Part shown: positions 51,798 through 62,590 of the stretch, piece by piece
How positions within the stretch are numbered: the first letter of the stretch is position 1
Layout: every line of letters begins with the position of its first letter
Origin: Candidatus Latescibacterota bacterium
GTDB taxonomy: Bacteria; Latescibacterota; UBA2968; GCA-2709665
Length of the DNA stretch: 64,000 bases
Assembly (NCBI GenBank): GCA_965208835.1
Contig: OZ242358.1
Coordinates: 384,001-448,000 of the forward strand
Direction: 5' to 3'
The notes under the pieces: model-generated
The model's database searches: none
Seen by the model: only the letters and a program-made list of their open reading frames with translations
What the model was told of the DNA's origin: nothing
Position numbers and translations under genes: made by a program

Positions 51798-54332
51798 TCA
51801 TCTGATCTCGATACATCTGGAAAATCCGTACGGATGGACCGGGAGCAGGGGGCCGGGCATCGGCGGCGAATCCCGGACAATCGTCTGCCTGGCAGGCGCC
51901 TCGTACCCGGCGATCCAGGCCTTTACCGTCAGTGCATCCAGGTCGTCGCCGGTAAGATCCACCGTTACCGATGACCATCCGCTGTCGTGAATGTTGAAGA
52001 GATAGTCGTCACGTTCCCTCGGGCCCACGGGCGGCAGGAACCTGGCCGAGCCGTGGCTGCTTCGGCCCTGCCGGTGGATGCGCTGGGTCACGTACGAATA
52101 TCTCGAAGGCACACCCTTGTACCGCGACCCGCCGGCGCGCACTTCCACGCCGTCCAGCACTTCCTCCGGTCCGAGCAGGACAACCTGCAGTTCCGGACGC
52201 TCGAACCGGTGCCCCACCGCGACGTACCACTGCATCCTGTGGGTCCCTTCGTTGCGTTCATCGCAGGTTGTTTCGGCGGAGAGACCGGGGATCTGCATAT
52301 CCGGATGCACCGCGGGCCCCACGTCGCCCGTGAGACGACGGTCCCCTGGAAACAGGTATTCACATCCTCCATCGCGCAACCGCGCCATGAACGGCGCGTC
52401 CGGTATGGGCGAGACGTCCTCCTGTCCGTCGGCATAGATCTTCAGCAAGCGGACTTCGTTCCCCAGCAAGGTAACGGAACCATCAAGGTCTTGCCAGAAG
52501 GGATAGACCTGCCGAATGGTTTCCGGCGCATACCCCAATCCGAGGTCCGCCCGAAGATCCACCGTCTGGGGCTCAACCGATGGATTGCGTAGCAGCAGCC
52601 AGGCGTTTCCGTCCGAAGGATGCAGGAAGCCATAGGCCTCGCCGAAGGCCGGATTCCCCAGCACCATCCGCGTTTCCCTGGTGCCCAGTCCGTCGGCGTT
52701 GAAACGCATCCAGTCCATCATCGCCTGCAGTTGTTCCGCCCGGTTCTCTCTGAGGCTTTCGGGATTTATCGGCATCGGCATATAGGTGGTGCCGCGGCAG
52801 GACGCCAGCACGAGATTGTCCAGCCACGTATGGTCCGGATCGCCGAACGCGTTGGTCAATGCCTGCACGAATTCGTGATTGTCGTACCCGTCGAAGAAGA
52901 TGGGTGTCTCGGCTTTGCGCATGATCTGATAGTAGACCGTGTCCCGGTGCGTCAGGGCCCGGTCGCGCTGGGTGCGGGACGGCCACGACGCGAATTCGCA
53001 ATCTCCGGAATGTATCAGCCAGGTGTGGTTCGCCAGGCACAACCACCACGGGCTGGGCCACCACCCGTTCCGTGTCACCAGCCCGGGATTGATCGCCCGC
53101 AGCCGGCGGTCGATCCGATTGAACGCGTTGATCGAGGCCTCGCGCATGTGATGTGGCGTGGGTAGACGTTCCTGGAAATCGGGATGGGTGGCGCACTCGT
53201 TGTCCCAATCGATCTTCAGATGCACCGTCCCTACGTCCCTCACCAGCCGCTCCCAGCGCTGAGCCACGGCCTCTTCGAAGGACGGTTGCGCCATGACGAC
53301 AAACGTTCCGCTTCCGTAGGAGCCGGGCCCCTCCCCAACCCGCCAACCCTGTTCCTGAATCCAGTCGGTGTCGAAACCCACCGGACCGTTGTGCGTCACC
53401 CACAATGCCAGCGAAAATCCCTTCTGTTTCAAGTCATCCGCAAACGCGATGAGCCGCGAATCCTCCTCATCGTCACCCTTGTGCCTGTAGATGGACTTCC
53501 TGTCGAACCAGCCCGCGTCAAACGCGAGCGAGTCCGGCTTCAGGCCCAGTTCCGATACTGCATCCGCATAGGCCTGGTTCATATCGAACGAGTCGAGATA
53601 CTCCCGGTTGCCCAGATAACGTACCGACCATCCTACGGAGAGATGGAAAATCGGCTTCGACAGCCTGGGGAGACGGATCTGCCACAGATAGTCCATGAAC
53701 GCGTCTCGCACCTCTTCATGACGCTCTGCCGCGCCGTAGACCGCGGTGTAGCTTTCAATGCGCCGTTCGTCGTCCCACACAGGGTGGTGGAAGAGCTCCA
53801 GCCTGTCTCCAGGAACCACAAACCCTACCGGATGCTCGAGCCCGACAAACCAGTCTCCGGCCCACACCGGATACCCGCAGCCCGGTACCGGCGGAGCGTA
53901 CGAGTTGAGCCCGGTCTGTTCTTCCGCGTCAGGCCCGCCCCGGACGCCGTATCCAACCCGTCGAACCGGCCCCGGAGGACGTTCCTGTAAATCTACCCAG
54001 AGCCTGTCCGGGGTGGGCGCGCTCGGACTTTCCGGGGCCTCGAGCGTCAACTGCTTCCTGAACCAGGGATCCTCTCCTTCGATCCAGTACCGAACCCGGG
54101 CCCGAATGCCGGTCGTTTCGTGCCGATAGTCGAACGCCACCTCGTCCGTACTGGCCTGCATGCCGGTCTGTACGAAGAGGGCCGCCGGAATCTCCACTTC
54201 GCCCAGCCGGATCATGAAGGCCGGAAAGTCGAAGGTGCGGCGGAGACCCGAGCGTCGATTCTCCACCTGGAGACTTTCCCCATCCCATTTGAGGGAAAGG
54301 GCGCTGTTTTGAAGAAGAAGATGATCGTTCAC
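51798..54332 (-). CDS. Large hypothetical protein, possible GH36/clan-D-like glycoside hydrolase
   Basis: AFDAGWF, ALW, HLKIDWD resemble the DDGW / KxD motifs of alpha-galactosidase TIM barrels; GAGGAG RBS. Confidence 0.55.
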   Translation of the reverse strand: MNDHLLLQNSALSLKWDGESLQVENRRSGLRRTFDFPAFMIRLGEVEIPAALFVQTGMQASTDEVAFDYRHETTGIRARVRYWIEGEDPWFRKQLTLEAPESPSAPTPDRLWVDLQERPPGPVRRVGYGVRGGPDAEEQTGLNSYAPPVPGCGYPVWAGDWFVGLEHPVGFVVPGDRLELFHHPVWDDERRIESYTAVYGAAERHEEVRDAFMDYLWQIRLPRLSKPIFHLSVGWSVRYLGNREYLDSFDMNQAYADAVSELGLKPDSLAFDAGWFDRKSIYRHKGDDEEDSRLIAFADDLKQKGFSLALWVTHNGPVGFDTDWIQEQGWRVGEGPGSYGSGTFVVMAQPSFEEAVAQRWERLVRDVGTVHLKIDWDNECATHPDFQERLPTPHHMREASINAFNRIDRRLRAINPGLVTRNGWWPSPWWLCLANHTWLIHSGDCEFASWPSRTQRDRALTHRDTVYYQIMRKAETPIFFDGYDNHEFVQALTNAFGDPDHTWLDNLVLASCRGTTYMPMPINPESLRENRAEQLQAMMDWMRFNADGLGTRETRMVLGNPAFGEAYGFLHPSDGNAWLLLRNPSVEPQTVDLRADLGLGYAPETIRQVYPFWQDLDGSVTLLGNEVRLLKIYADGQEDVSPIPDAPFMARLRDGGCEYLFPGDRRLTGDVGPAVHPDMQIPGLSAETTCDERNEGTHRMQWYVAVGHRFERPELQVVLLGPEEVLDGVEVRAGGSRYKGVPSRYSYVTQRIHRQGRSSHGSARFLPPVGPRERDDYLFNIHDSGWSSVTVDLTGDDLDALTVKAWIAGYEAPARQTIVRDSPPMPGPLLPVHPYGFSRCIEIR

Positions 54333-54395
54333 GGAGATGTCTCCTCGTAATTTCGATATCCAGGGGAAACCGTGCGGCCTATTCGCGCTTGTCCT

Positions 54396-54481
54396 TAGCC
54401 GTTCCCTGAGCTTGTCGAAGGGCCGGCGTAGGCTGTCGAAGGGAACCGAATCGCGGGCATTTCGACAAGCTCAATGAACGC
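54396..54481. repeat. CTTCGACAAGCTCA-type inverted repeat pair
   Basis: CCCTGAGCTTGTCGAAGGG ... CATTTCGACAAGCTCAATG; reverse of insert at 24891-24993. Confidence 0.72.
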
Positions 54482-54825
54482 GATTCGACGACTTCGTTTC
54501 GAGCGGCTCGACGTAAACAACGCAAGCAGCACAGGCAACTCGCTCAATGTCGGAATTTCTGTCAGCCGTTGAAATCCCACCACCGCATCAGCCGTCGCCG
54601 GTTTCTACAGGCTGCGCGACCGCAGGCTAAGGACAAACCTGAGGACCGGCTTGGCTTCTGCGACTCCCCCTCAAGGGGGGAGTGATGCGGATCTGATGTC
54701 AGGTCGACTGGAACAGATGACGCTCGGGCTGGTCATCATCCGACAGACTATACGCTGCATTATCAGTCTCGCTGTTCGTCTTTGTTGCGGTTGCGCGTAG
54801 CGAGTCCGCGCGAGGCGACTCACGA

Positions 54826-57237
54826 TCAAATTCGTAGCGTTTCCCCTGCGCCGATCGTCAGTTTCGCCTCGGTATCCGCCCCGATTGCAACTTCGACGTT
54901 CAAATGATCGGGGCCCGTGTTCGTCACATAGATCCCGCCGTCCGGCACGGTGTCGGCCCGCAGGCTTCCAACCACGCGCAGCGAGTGCGTCGCGGCCAGA
55001 AGGCAGGCGCTCCCGCTGTTGAGCGGTACGTCATACCGTACGGTATCTCCATTCGCAACGACCGTAGCGCCCGCGTAGACCACGATTTCTTCAGACCTGG
55101 CCCGAGCGAACCCGCACATTCTGCGGTTGCCGGCGAAGTTGGCGGCCGCGAGGTAGCCGTCGGTAACCAGGCACGCGCTCTGTTCCGGACCTGTCAGGAC
55201 GTCGAGACGACTGGAAGACGTGTCCTCGTGGGCCTGCTCGGGAATCACCAACGCCGCCAGGGTGCCGGCATCGTCGCCGGCTCGCAGCGACCCTTCATGT
55301 TCCTGGTGCGACAGCGTGAGATCATCCGCGATCGCGCGATAGGGCTTGTAATAGTGTCGATTGAGATAAACCGCGTCGCCCGTACCCGAAAACACGATAC
55401 CCAGCCGGTCGTCGATATTCAGCCAGGCCGGACCGCCCAGGCGATCTTCGATATCGTCCTCTTCGCGATCGCCCAGCCAGCCCCGGTAGTCGGTCGACCC
55501 GTCGGGCCGGTAGAGTGTGCGGGCGCCGCGGCAGTTCGGTTCGAGTCGCGGGAAGTGTTCATTGGTAATCCGCAGAAATCCCTGGTCGAGGGACTCCACC
55601 GTCAGGTCTTCGAGGGCCGTGAACCGCTCGAATGAAAGGGCCCGTCCATCGGGCAGACTGGCGAACAACACCTCCTGTCGGAGGGACTCCTGGCACCGGT
55701 CCATGACCATCGCCGCGGCAAACCCGTCGTCACAGTCGGTCACCCGCACCCGCTTCAGCCGATGGCTGTCCGGCCGCCCCTTCACCACCGGCCTTCCCAG
55801 CCAGCTATCGGAGCAGGGTGCGATCGTATAGATCCCCTCCCGGCTCAGCGGCATTGCCATCACGGAATTCCGCCACGAAAATGAAGTCTGCCCCTTCGGG
55901 TGCCGGTGGTGGACGAAACCCGCGTGAGGGTATTCTCTGACACCGGCCAGTCGTCGTTCGAGTTCATGTTCCGGGGTGGGCTGCGGCCCCGGCCCGAACA
56001 TCCGGTGAAACACGTACTGGTGTGCAACCGCGCCGATGGTGACTTCCCGCATGATCATGGGGTCCTGCTGGTCGTGCGCCCGTTCCGCGAAATCCCTGTC
56101 GTACATCCGCCCTCCGTTCCCTTCCTGCCGCAGTTCGGCATTCCGGAGCCCTCTGCGCAGAAGCGCGGCGGCGTCCGGGTCGTCAAAGAACACGGCGGCA
56201 GCCGAATGCGGGGTCTCGCTTCCGGTGGTAGGCAGATAGTGCCAGTCCATCCCCTGCACGGCCTGGGCGTATCCCGATCCATCGGTCATGGCCTTCAGGT
56301 TTTCGTACACCCTGCGCCGGTTCCAGAGCAACTCCGGCGGCAGTTCCCGTCCCCACAGCTTCAAATGCACACCGGCTACCATGAGCGGGCGGACGCCCGA
56401 CGAGGTGTAGTTGGGATGCACCATTCCGTGGTTTTCCGCCCAGTAATCCGGCAGCGCCGTAAAGGTCTTCCCCGCCAGCGACCCCGCCGTCCTCCCACCG
56501 ACTGCGCCGTGGTCCTTCGCGTCCTGGGGCGACGCGCACGTGGAATACATCCAACGCCTGCAGGTTGCCTCCCATTCGGCGGCGTTTTCGTGGCGCTCAA
56601 GGAACAAGTGACACGACGTCAATCCGTAGGACGTCCAGGCATTCTCTTCCATCTGAGTATCCACGTAGATGCCGCTCTTAGGCGCCATATTGCCGAACCT
56701 GTCGGCGTAGTCCGCGTGTACTCGCGCGAGCAGCATCCAGGTCTCGTCGTCAATCCGGTCCCGCAGCAACAGGCTGACACGGCCCATTGCCGAGATTGGT
56801 CCGCCGCACTGGCTTTCCCTGAAGAACCCCAACCCGCGTTCGCCCCATTTCGTACCGCAGATTTCGGGCCGACCCATGCCCTCGCTGGGACGTACGCAGT
56901 CCGGCGGCCCGGAGTCGTGCGTGAAACACAGGTACCGCAACCCCATGATGGCCATACGCTGCAGGTCGTTCCGGGAGACGCCGACCCCTTTCTCATCGTA
57001 TTCCGGAGAGATGCTGGCCAGGGCGAAGGTCTCCATGGGCGGCACCGTTTCGCCGCCATACCAGTGACACCCGCCGAAGAAATGCCCGCAGTTCGGCCTG
57101 TCCGGCCATTCCTGAAAATACTCGACGCCCACCGGAATCCACTTCTCGATCATCCGCAGGTAGCGCCGGCTGAGTTCATTCTCCTCCACAGGCAGGAAAG
57201 GCGTTTTCAATTCCGTTGTGTCTGACATTCGGACCAT
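54826..57237 (-). CDS. Large hypothetical protein, possible polysaccharide-lyase-like fold; paralog of 62591-64000
   Basis: ENHGMVHPNY motif; shared PH.GFVHHRH.KGQ.S.SWRN.VMA.P and P.WLN.DD.LGIVF.G.G; AGGAG RBS. Confidence 0.65.
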   Translation of the reverse strand: MVRMSDTTELKTPFLPVEENELSRRYLRMIEKWIPVGVEYFQEWPDRPNCGHFFGGCHWYGGETVPPMETFALASISPEYDEKGVGVSRNDLQRMAIMGLRYLCFTHDSGPPDCVRPSEGMGRPEICGTKWGERGLGFFRESQCGGPISAMGRVSLLLRDRIDDETWMLLARVHADYADRFGNMAPKSGIYVDTQMEENAWTSYGLTSCHLFLERHENAAEWEATCRRWMYSTCASPQDAKDHGAVGGRTAGSLAGKTFTALPDYWAENHGMVHPNYTSSGVRPLMVAGVHLKLWGRELPPELLWNRRRVYENLKAMTDGSGYAQAVQGMDWHYLPTTGSETPHSAAAVFFDDPDAAALLRRGLRNAELRQEGNGGRMYDRDFAERAHDQQDPMIMREVTIGAVAHQYVFHRMFGPGPQPTPEHELERRLAGVREYPHAGFVHHRHPKGQTSFSWRNSVMAMPLSREGIYTIAPCSDSWLGRPVVKGRPDSHRLKRVRVTDCDDGFAAAMVMDRCQESLRQEVLFASLPDGRALSFERFTALEDLTVESLDQGFLRITNEHFPRLEPNCRGARTLYRPDGSTDYRGWLGDREEDDIEDRLGGPAWLNIDDRLGIVFSGTGDAVYLNRHYYKPYRAIADDLTLSHQEHEGSLRAGDDAGTLAALVIPEQAHEDTSSSRLDVLTGPEQSACLVTDGYLAAANFAGNRRMCGFARARSEEIVVYAGATVVANGDTVRYDVPLNSGSACLLAATHSLRVVGSLRADTVPDGGIYVTNTGPDHLNVEVAIGADTEAKLTIGAGETLRI

Positions 57238-57276
57238 GTCGAAATCTCCTTGCATCAAGAGAGCTATCGACTAAAT

Positions 57277-58058
57277 GCGGGTAGACGTAAGAGGGAAGAG
57301 GGTAGAGATTGCCTGCCTTGTCGGGATTCTGTTCGTGCCGAAGGCAAAAAAGTACATAATAGCGGGCAAGGATTTCTTCTACCGTCTTCCCTCTACCCTC
57401 TCACCGCATTTTTGCGACCTCTCTCCCCAGCCCTCTCTCCTACCAGGAGAGAGGGAGAAAAAACCAGGTTTCGCGTGCCGGTCATCGACAGACACTTTGA
57501 TCAAAAGGAAGTCGCCACCCGGCACATTCGTATGCCCAGGACATCAACCCACCGCCGTTCCCCCTTCCTCACAGGAAGGGGGTTAGGGGGAAGGTCTCAG
57601 AAGCGGGTAAACGGAAGACGGAAGAGGGTAGAGGTTGTCTGCCTTGTCGGGATTCTTTTCGTGCCGAAGGCAAAAAAGTACATAATAGCGGGCAAGGATT
57701 TCTTCTACCGTCTTCCCTCTACCCTCTCACCGCATTTTTGCGACCTCTCTCCCCAGCCCTCTCTCCTGCCAGGAGAGAGGGAGAAAAAAACAGGTTTCGC
57801 GTGCCGGTCATCGACAGACACTTTGATCGAAAGGAAGTCGCCACCCGGCACACTCGTATGCCCAGGACATCAACCCATCGCCGTTCCCCCTTCCTCACAG
57901 GAAGGGGGTTAGGGGGAAGGTCTCAGAGGCGGGTAGACGTGAGACGTTAGACGGTAGAAATTACCTGCCCTGTGAGGATTCTTCTCATGCCGCAGGCAAG
58001 TCGGAGGAACAAATCGGCAGGGGCTTCTTCTCCCGTCTACCCTCTTCCCTCTACCCGC
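57277..58058. repeat. 326-bp tandem duplication (2 full units) plus a third diverged heptamer-armed element
   Basis: Units start at 57277, 57603, 57929; first two near-identical. Confidence 0.9.
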
Positions 58059-58086
58059 TTTTTAGCGACCTCTCACCCCGGCTTCC

Positions 58087-60816
58087 TCAACGAGCCGGCA
58101 TGAGTCGATGCCTCACGTCCATGATCTCATATCGATTCTCTCCGGTCCAGGACCGGCGCGGGAAATAGACATGGCGGCTCGTCCCGTCCGGAGCAATTTC
58201 GAATCCGGGATCGTCTGTCAGTACGAGTACTGTCCGGCTGTCGCTTCGGGTGACGTCCTCCAGACGAAGTCCCAGCGTAAATCCCGCGCCGTCTTTGACC
58301 ACGACCGTCAGATCCTTCAACCGGTCACCCTCGGGAACATCGCCGTCCACAATCAGCCCGTCGACGGCCGAACCACTTTCCTTTCGCAAAACACCCAGGA
58401 TCGCGCCTTCGAAGATTCCTTCTCCCGTGAGTCTAAAGTTTCCCTTTTGCAGCAGCGACCCGCCGACCAGGGTCATCCTCTCCACGGCGCCATCCCGCTC
58501 GCGCACGAACCCGATCCGACCCTCCAGCACCGCGTCTCCCACAACCATTCGTCTTCCGTCCGGGCTATGGAACAGAAAGTCCGTATGATCACTGCCTTCA
58601 ATCTTCAACGCCACACCGTCCAAGTCATCGTCCAGTCGCTCCACCGAGTGCAGAAACGGCGCTTCACCGAACGGCTCGAGCACATTCACGAATTCGCTGG
58701 AGAGGTCCTTCCCCTCACGGCGGTGGATCAACGCGGGCATGGTATAGTCATCCAGCCGGCCTTCGCTCTCCTCCGCCCGCCTGACCGATGGCATGCTCCC
58801 GAATAGCAGATCCCCGTCGATTGCGGAAACCCCGTGAATACGTACCCCGCCCTCCGGTTCGCCCTCGCTGGTAAAGACAACCTTCCACGGCGCGGAGATT
58901 CCAGCCCGGAGCACATCCCTCACGTACGCATAGGCGAAATTGTGTCCCTCCGCATATCCGGGTACGGTCTCGCCGCTGGGCAGGACGACCTTCACCCCGG
59001 GCGGCAGCAGCGTCTCACCGTAGGGCGATGGATCCAGTTCCGTCTCGATTGATCCGTCGTTATTCGCGTCTCCCACCAGCACGAAGTCGTGCCGCTCTCC
59101 ACCGTCAACCTGAAACACATCCACCAGGTACGCATCCTGCGCCGAGACGCCGATCATCACCAGCAGACGAGTGTAGTCCCGTACGACCCCCGGATACGCC
59201 CGATTACCCTGCGCCGCCACCGCCTGGAACACGCTGTCTCCAGGTACGAACAACAGCAGGTTGCCGTCGGAGGGGTTATTCTCACCGCCGCGCGCCTGAT
59301 CCTCCCCGTCTACAACGACGGTGCTGTGCGAAAGCGTGCTCGACGCCCACTGCCGCTGGTGGGTCCAGGTATAGCCGATATCGGACAGACGCTCCTGCCC
59401 GTGTGCAAACAGGGTGATGCTCAACAGGTCCGCGTGCGCATGTCCGTATGCTCCCGAAAAGTGCAGGTGCGCCTGCATCTGATTCGCGCCCCTGCCGCGC
59501 CCCAGCCATGCGTGTCCCGAGGCGCCAAGAAGCCAGGGGCTGGAGCATTCGGTTGGCGCACGATGCTCCCGCGCCCACGTGTCGTGCACTGCAACAACCC
59601 GGCCGTTCGGGTATCGCAATAGATCCGGAATCCGCATGGCTCTTTCGAAGAGCGGAAACCGGTCCGACAGAACCAGATTCTCGTATCGCGCGCCGCTTTC
59701 CGGATGGACATATCCCTTCGGATCGCTATGTCCTTTCAGCAGGTCCATGACGTCGGCCAGTCCATGCACCGTCTGATTATGGTACGAGACCGCCGTTTCC
59801 CGCCACATCCCGTCGACGAAGAACTGCTTCCGGATCAGGTCGCCGATCCACTGCACGGCCTCGTGCACGTACGCCGGCTCGGCGAGGACCCGCCCGGCGG
59901 AAATCAGACCCTGAAGGATCGCAGGGTCCATATTGCTCAGCGTAATCGGATACGACCGCACAAAGGAAACGCTGCCGCGAATCAGATCGTCCTCGATTCG
60001 CCGGCGCATTGCGTCGTCCACCTGGCCGCTGTCTCGAACGAGATCGTAGGCGAAGATCAGGTTATAGGGTATATCGCCATACGCCCAGTAGTCCCACTTC
60101 GCCGCCAGATACGGCGACACCGGAAAGGGAAAGGAGCGATCCCCCTCGAAAATCACCTTCTGGCGGAACGCGGGATCGAACCTGGCGCAATACCCAGGGT
60201 AAACCCGGGCGAACCGGTCCAGGATCAGTGCCGCTCTTCGCGCAAACGAAGGATTCCCGGTCAGATAATACAGTTTCCCGAGGTGATTCGCCGCATCGGA
60301 GAAATATTCCCGGGCGACGTACCATCCCTTGGCCCGGAAAAAGTGACGGTACTTCGTATCGGGTTCGATATGAGAAAGCGATCCTGGCAGTTGCGCAGGT
60401 GGCGGAAACGGCGCCTCCCAGTACGGATACTCCTGGATCTCGCCCCGCGGATTGGTCACCCGCTTCACGCCGTTTTCCGGGTAGACCTCGCTGGGAAACC
60501 GCATACCGCAGAACAGGCAGAAGACCCGGTCGGGTTCTTCAATGGACCACGACAGCTGATTCTCCTCGGCGCCTCCCTCGCAATTCGGACAGTCCACAAA
60601 CCGGAAACCGGAACGGTCCGGAATCAACCGCGCCAGTTCGTCTTCGGACAGCGCCATAACGGACGCAAGGTTTTCCTCCAGACCCGCAACGTGACTCTCG
60701 TCGACCTGCGGTCGAAACACCGGCTGCGCGTGAAGCCGATCGGGCATCAACATCAACATCAACAATAGCGCCAGGGCAAGCGCCATACAGACCAACATCA
60801 TCATAGGGTCCATCAC
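58087..60816 (-). CDS. Heparinase II/III-like protein with signal peptide
   Basis: DGMWRETAVSYH, GHAHADLLSITLF, DIGY, STLSHSTVVVDG; N-terminal CxxC pairs. Confidence 0.82.
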   Translation of the reverse strand: MMDPMMMLVCMALALALLLMLMLMPDRLHAQPVFRPQVDESHVAGLEENLASVMALSEDELARLIPDRSGFRFVDCPNCEGGAEENQLSWSIEEPDRVFCLFCGMRFPSEVYPENGVKRVTNPRGEIQEYPYWEAPFPPPAQLPGSLSHIEPDTKYRHFFRAKGWYVAREYFSDAANHLGKLYYLTGNPSFARRAALILDRFARVYPGYCARFDPAFRQKVIFEGDRSFPFPVSPYLAAKWDYWAYGDIPYNLIFAYDLVRDSGQVDDAMRRRIEDDLIRGSVSFVRSYPITLSNMDPAILQGLISAGRVLAEPAYVHEAVQWIGDLIRKQFFVDGMWRETAVSYHNQTVHGLADVMDLLKGHSDPKGYVHPESGARYENLVLSDRFPLFERAMRIPDLLRYPNGRVVAVHDTWAREHRAPTECSSPWLLGASGHAWLGRGRGANQMQAHLHFSGAYGHAHADLLSITLFAHGQERLSDIGYTWTHQRQWASSTLSHSTVVVDGEDQARGGENNPSDGNLLLFVPGDSVFQAVAAQGNRAYPGVVRDYTRLLVMIGVSAQDAYLVDVFQVDGGERHDFVLVGDANNDGSIETELDPSPYGETLLPPGVKVVLPSGETVPGYAEGHNFAYAYVRDVLRAGISAPWKVVFTSEGEPEGGVRIHGVSAIDGDLLFGSMPSVRRAEESEGRLDDYTMPALIHRREGKDLSSEFVNVLEPFGEAPFLHSVERLDDDLDGVALKIEGSDHTDFLFHSPDGRRMVVGDAVLEGRIGFVRERDGAVERMTLVGGSLLQKGNFRLTGEGIFEGAILGVLRKESGSAVDGLIVDGDVPEGDRLKDLTVVVKDGAGFTLGLRLEDVTRSDSRTVLVLTDDPGFEIAPDGTSRHVYFPRRSWTGENRYEIMDVRHRLMPAR

Positions 60817-62216
60817 GCTGTGAATACGACGTCCTCGTCCAGTGGAAACACCGGCCGCCGGATCCTTTCATAGGGAAGCGTCTCCAGAGCCAGGGTCGTA
60901 TATCCGGGACTGACCGCCATCAACGCCGTTCCGGCTATTTCCCGGAGTTCCGGTGCGAGGTATCCATGTTTCACAACCACGATCTCGTGTTCCGTTGGGT
61001 TCACGTTTGCCTCTTCAAAGGCCCTCAGGTCCAGAAACGGCATGCGGTCAGCCGTTAAAACCACCGTTACGCCCTCCACCTGGAACACGACGATCCTCGG
61101 CGGATTCATCGATACGACCCGGCCGGTCACCTCCAGCGGCGATCCGTTGACCCTGTCGAGGTTTCCGCCCACCGACAGCGTCAGCTCGGCTCCGACACCG
61201 GCGTCGAAACAACGCTCGACCGCCCCGACGTCCGCAATCCCGGCGACAACCGCGTCTCCGGCGCCGTTGTCGAGCAGCGTCTTCAGGACGAGGGGGACAT
61301 CGCCGGCCGCGCCCGCCGTGACATTGTCGCCGGAATCGGAAATGAACACGGGATGCCGGGTCTCCCGCATCGCGCGTTGAACGACGTCTTCCGCCGGCAG
61401 CGTTAATACATCCGGAGCGAATTCATGGCGTCGCCGCCAGATTTCCGTCGCCATGCGTTCCGCGTGTTCTCCGGCTGCCTTCCTGTTCTCCGAAACCACG
61501 ATAGCGGCCACGGACGTAAACGGCGAATCGGTCCACGCGCACCCGATCATGATCGACGCATCCATAATCTCCGGCTGAGTTTCTACCTCCTTGAGTCCTG
61601 CATACAGGGACCGGGCGGGCTCCACGCCGGTAGCCGCGTGTTCGCCGGGAAGCAGCATGGGCAGCCTCACGATGGCATTTGCCGGGCGGATGTCTTCATT
61701 CACGCAACGAACGAGGTGTCCGATCGCGCGCGCCTGCGTCTCTCGCCGGTCCACGTGAGGCGCAGTCCGCAGTGCGGTGAGCACACTGGTCTTCTCCACC
61801 ACCTCGGGCGCGAGATTGCCGTGCAGGTCCAGGCTGGCGACGATCGGTATTTCATCGCCAACCGCCTCGCGCACGCGGCATACCAGGTCGCGTTCCCCGT
61901 CGCCCAGGCCCTCCACCTCCATCGCGCCGTGCAGATCCAGGTACACGCCGTCCACCGGAGATGCCTGGTGCAGACGTTCCACCATTTCTGCTGCCATGGA
62001 CTCGTAAGCGTCCATGAGGACCAGCCCGTGCGGCTGTGCCTTTGAGACCAGCGTGGGCGCCCATTCGACGTTGGCCACGGCCCGCCAGGGTCCGTCGGCG
62101 AGTATTTCCTCCCCGCGCAGGACGTCAAAATCCTCGATGCCCGCGCGCAACGGGGAGAAGGTGTTCGTTTCATGCCTGATCCCGCAAATCGCCAGCCGCA
62201 TCTTACTATTTCCCAT
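60813..62216 (-). CDS. M81 family metallopeptidase (MlrC-like)
   Basis: HETNTFS, LDLHGAM, DLHGN, RTAPHVD, SDSGDNVTAG, RRPVFPLD. Confidence 0.9.
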   Translation of the reverse strand: MGNSKMRLAICGIRHETNTFSPLRAGIEDFDVLRGEEILADGPWRAVANVEWAPTLVSKAQPHGLVLMDAYESMAAEMVERLHQASPVDGVYLDLHGAMEVEGLGDGERDLVCRVREAVGDEIPIVASLDLHGNLAPEVVEKTSVLTALRTAPHVDRRETQARAIGHLVRCVNEDIRPANAIVRLPMLLPGEHAATGVEPARSLYAGLKEVETQPEIMDASIMIGCAWTDSPFTSVAAIVVSENRKAAGEHAERMATEIWRRRHEFAPDVLTLPAEDVVQRAMRETRHPVFISDSGDNVTAGAAGDVPLVLKTLLDNGAGDAVVAGIADVGAVERCFDAGVGAELTLSVGGNLDRVNGSPLEVTGRVVSMNPPRIVVFQVEGVTVVLTADRMPFLDLRAFEEANVNPTEHEIVVVKHGYLAPELREIAGTALMAVSPGYTTLALETLPYERIRRPVFPLDEDVVFTA

Positions 62217-62366
62217 TCAATGACTCGTGATTGACATTGATTCGTCGTTTCAGGGGGACCTAAAATCGTTAACACATAGAAAAACGAAAGCGAATTGACG
62301 TCGAAGTTCCGGGTCGCCTAAGGTCACTGGACGTGTTCGGGATCTTTCCCCCTGGCCCCCTAAGAA

Positions 62367-62499
62367 GCGGGTAGACGGGAGACGGTAGAGGGGAGAGATT
62401 TCCTGCCTTGTGGAGTTTCTTCTCCTGCCAGAGGCAAGAAGAAATAGAGTAGCGGGCAAGGGTTTCTTCTACCGTCTACCCTCTACCCTCTACCCTCAC
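62367..62499 (-). repeat. Heptamer-armed element, copy J (reverse orientation)
   Basis: GCGGGTAGAC GGGAGAC GGTAGAG ... TAGCGGGCAAGG ... CTCTACC repeats. Confidence 0.8.
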
Positions 62500-62590
62500 T
62501 CAGGCTCTTTGTGGCCAATTCAAAGGTAATCTTTCTTCGAATTGCGCGATGAACACCATCGACTGACTCGACTGAGTCCCTATCCGGACA

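Noticed and set aside
57275-57950. ORFs and possible CRISPR array in the tandem duplication
   Set aside because: ORFs are translations of repeat DNA; spacers are near-identical rather than unique and the period is 326 bp
60746-60766. (CATCAA)3 repeat in the heparinase-like signal peptide as a phase-variation tract
   Set aside because: Only about three units and a multiple of 3 nt, so slippage would not shift the frame
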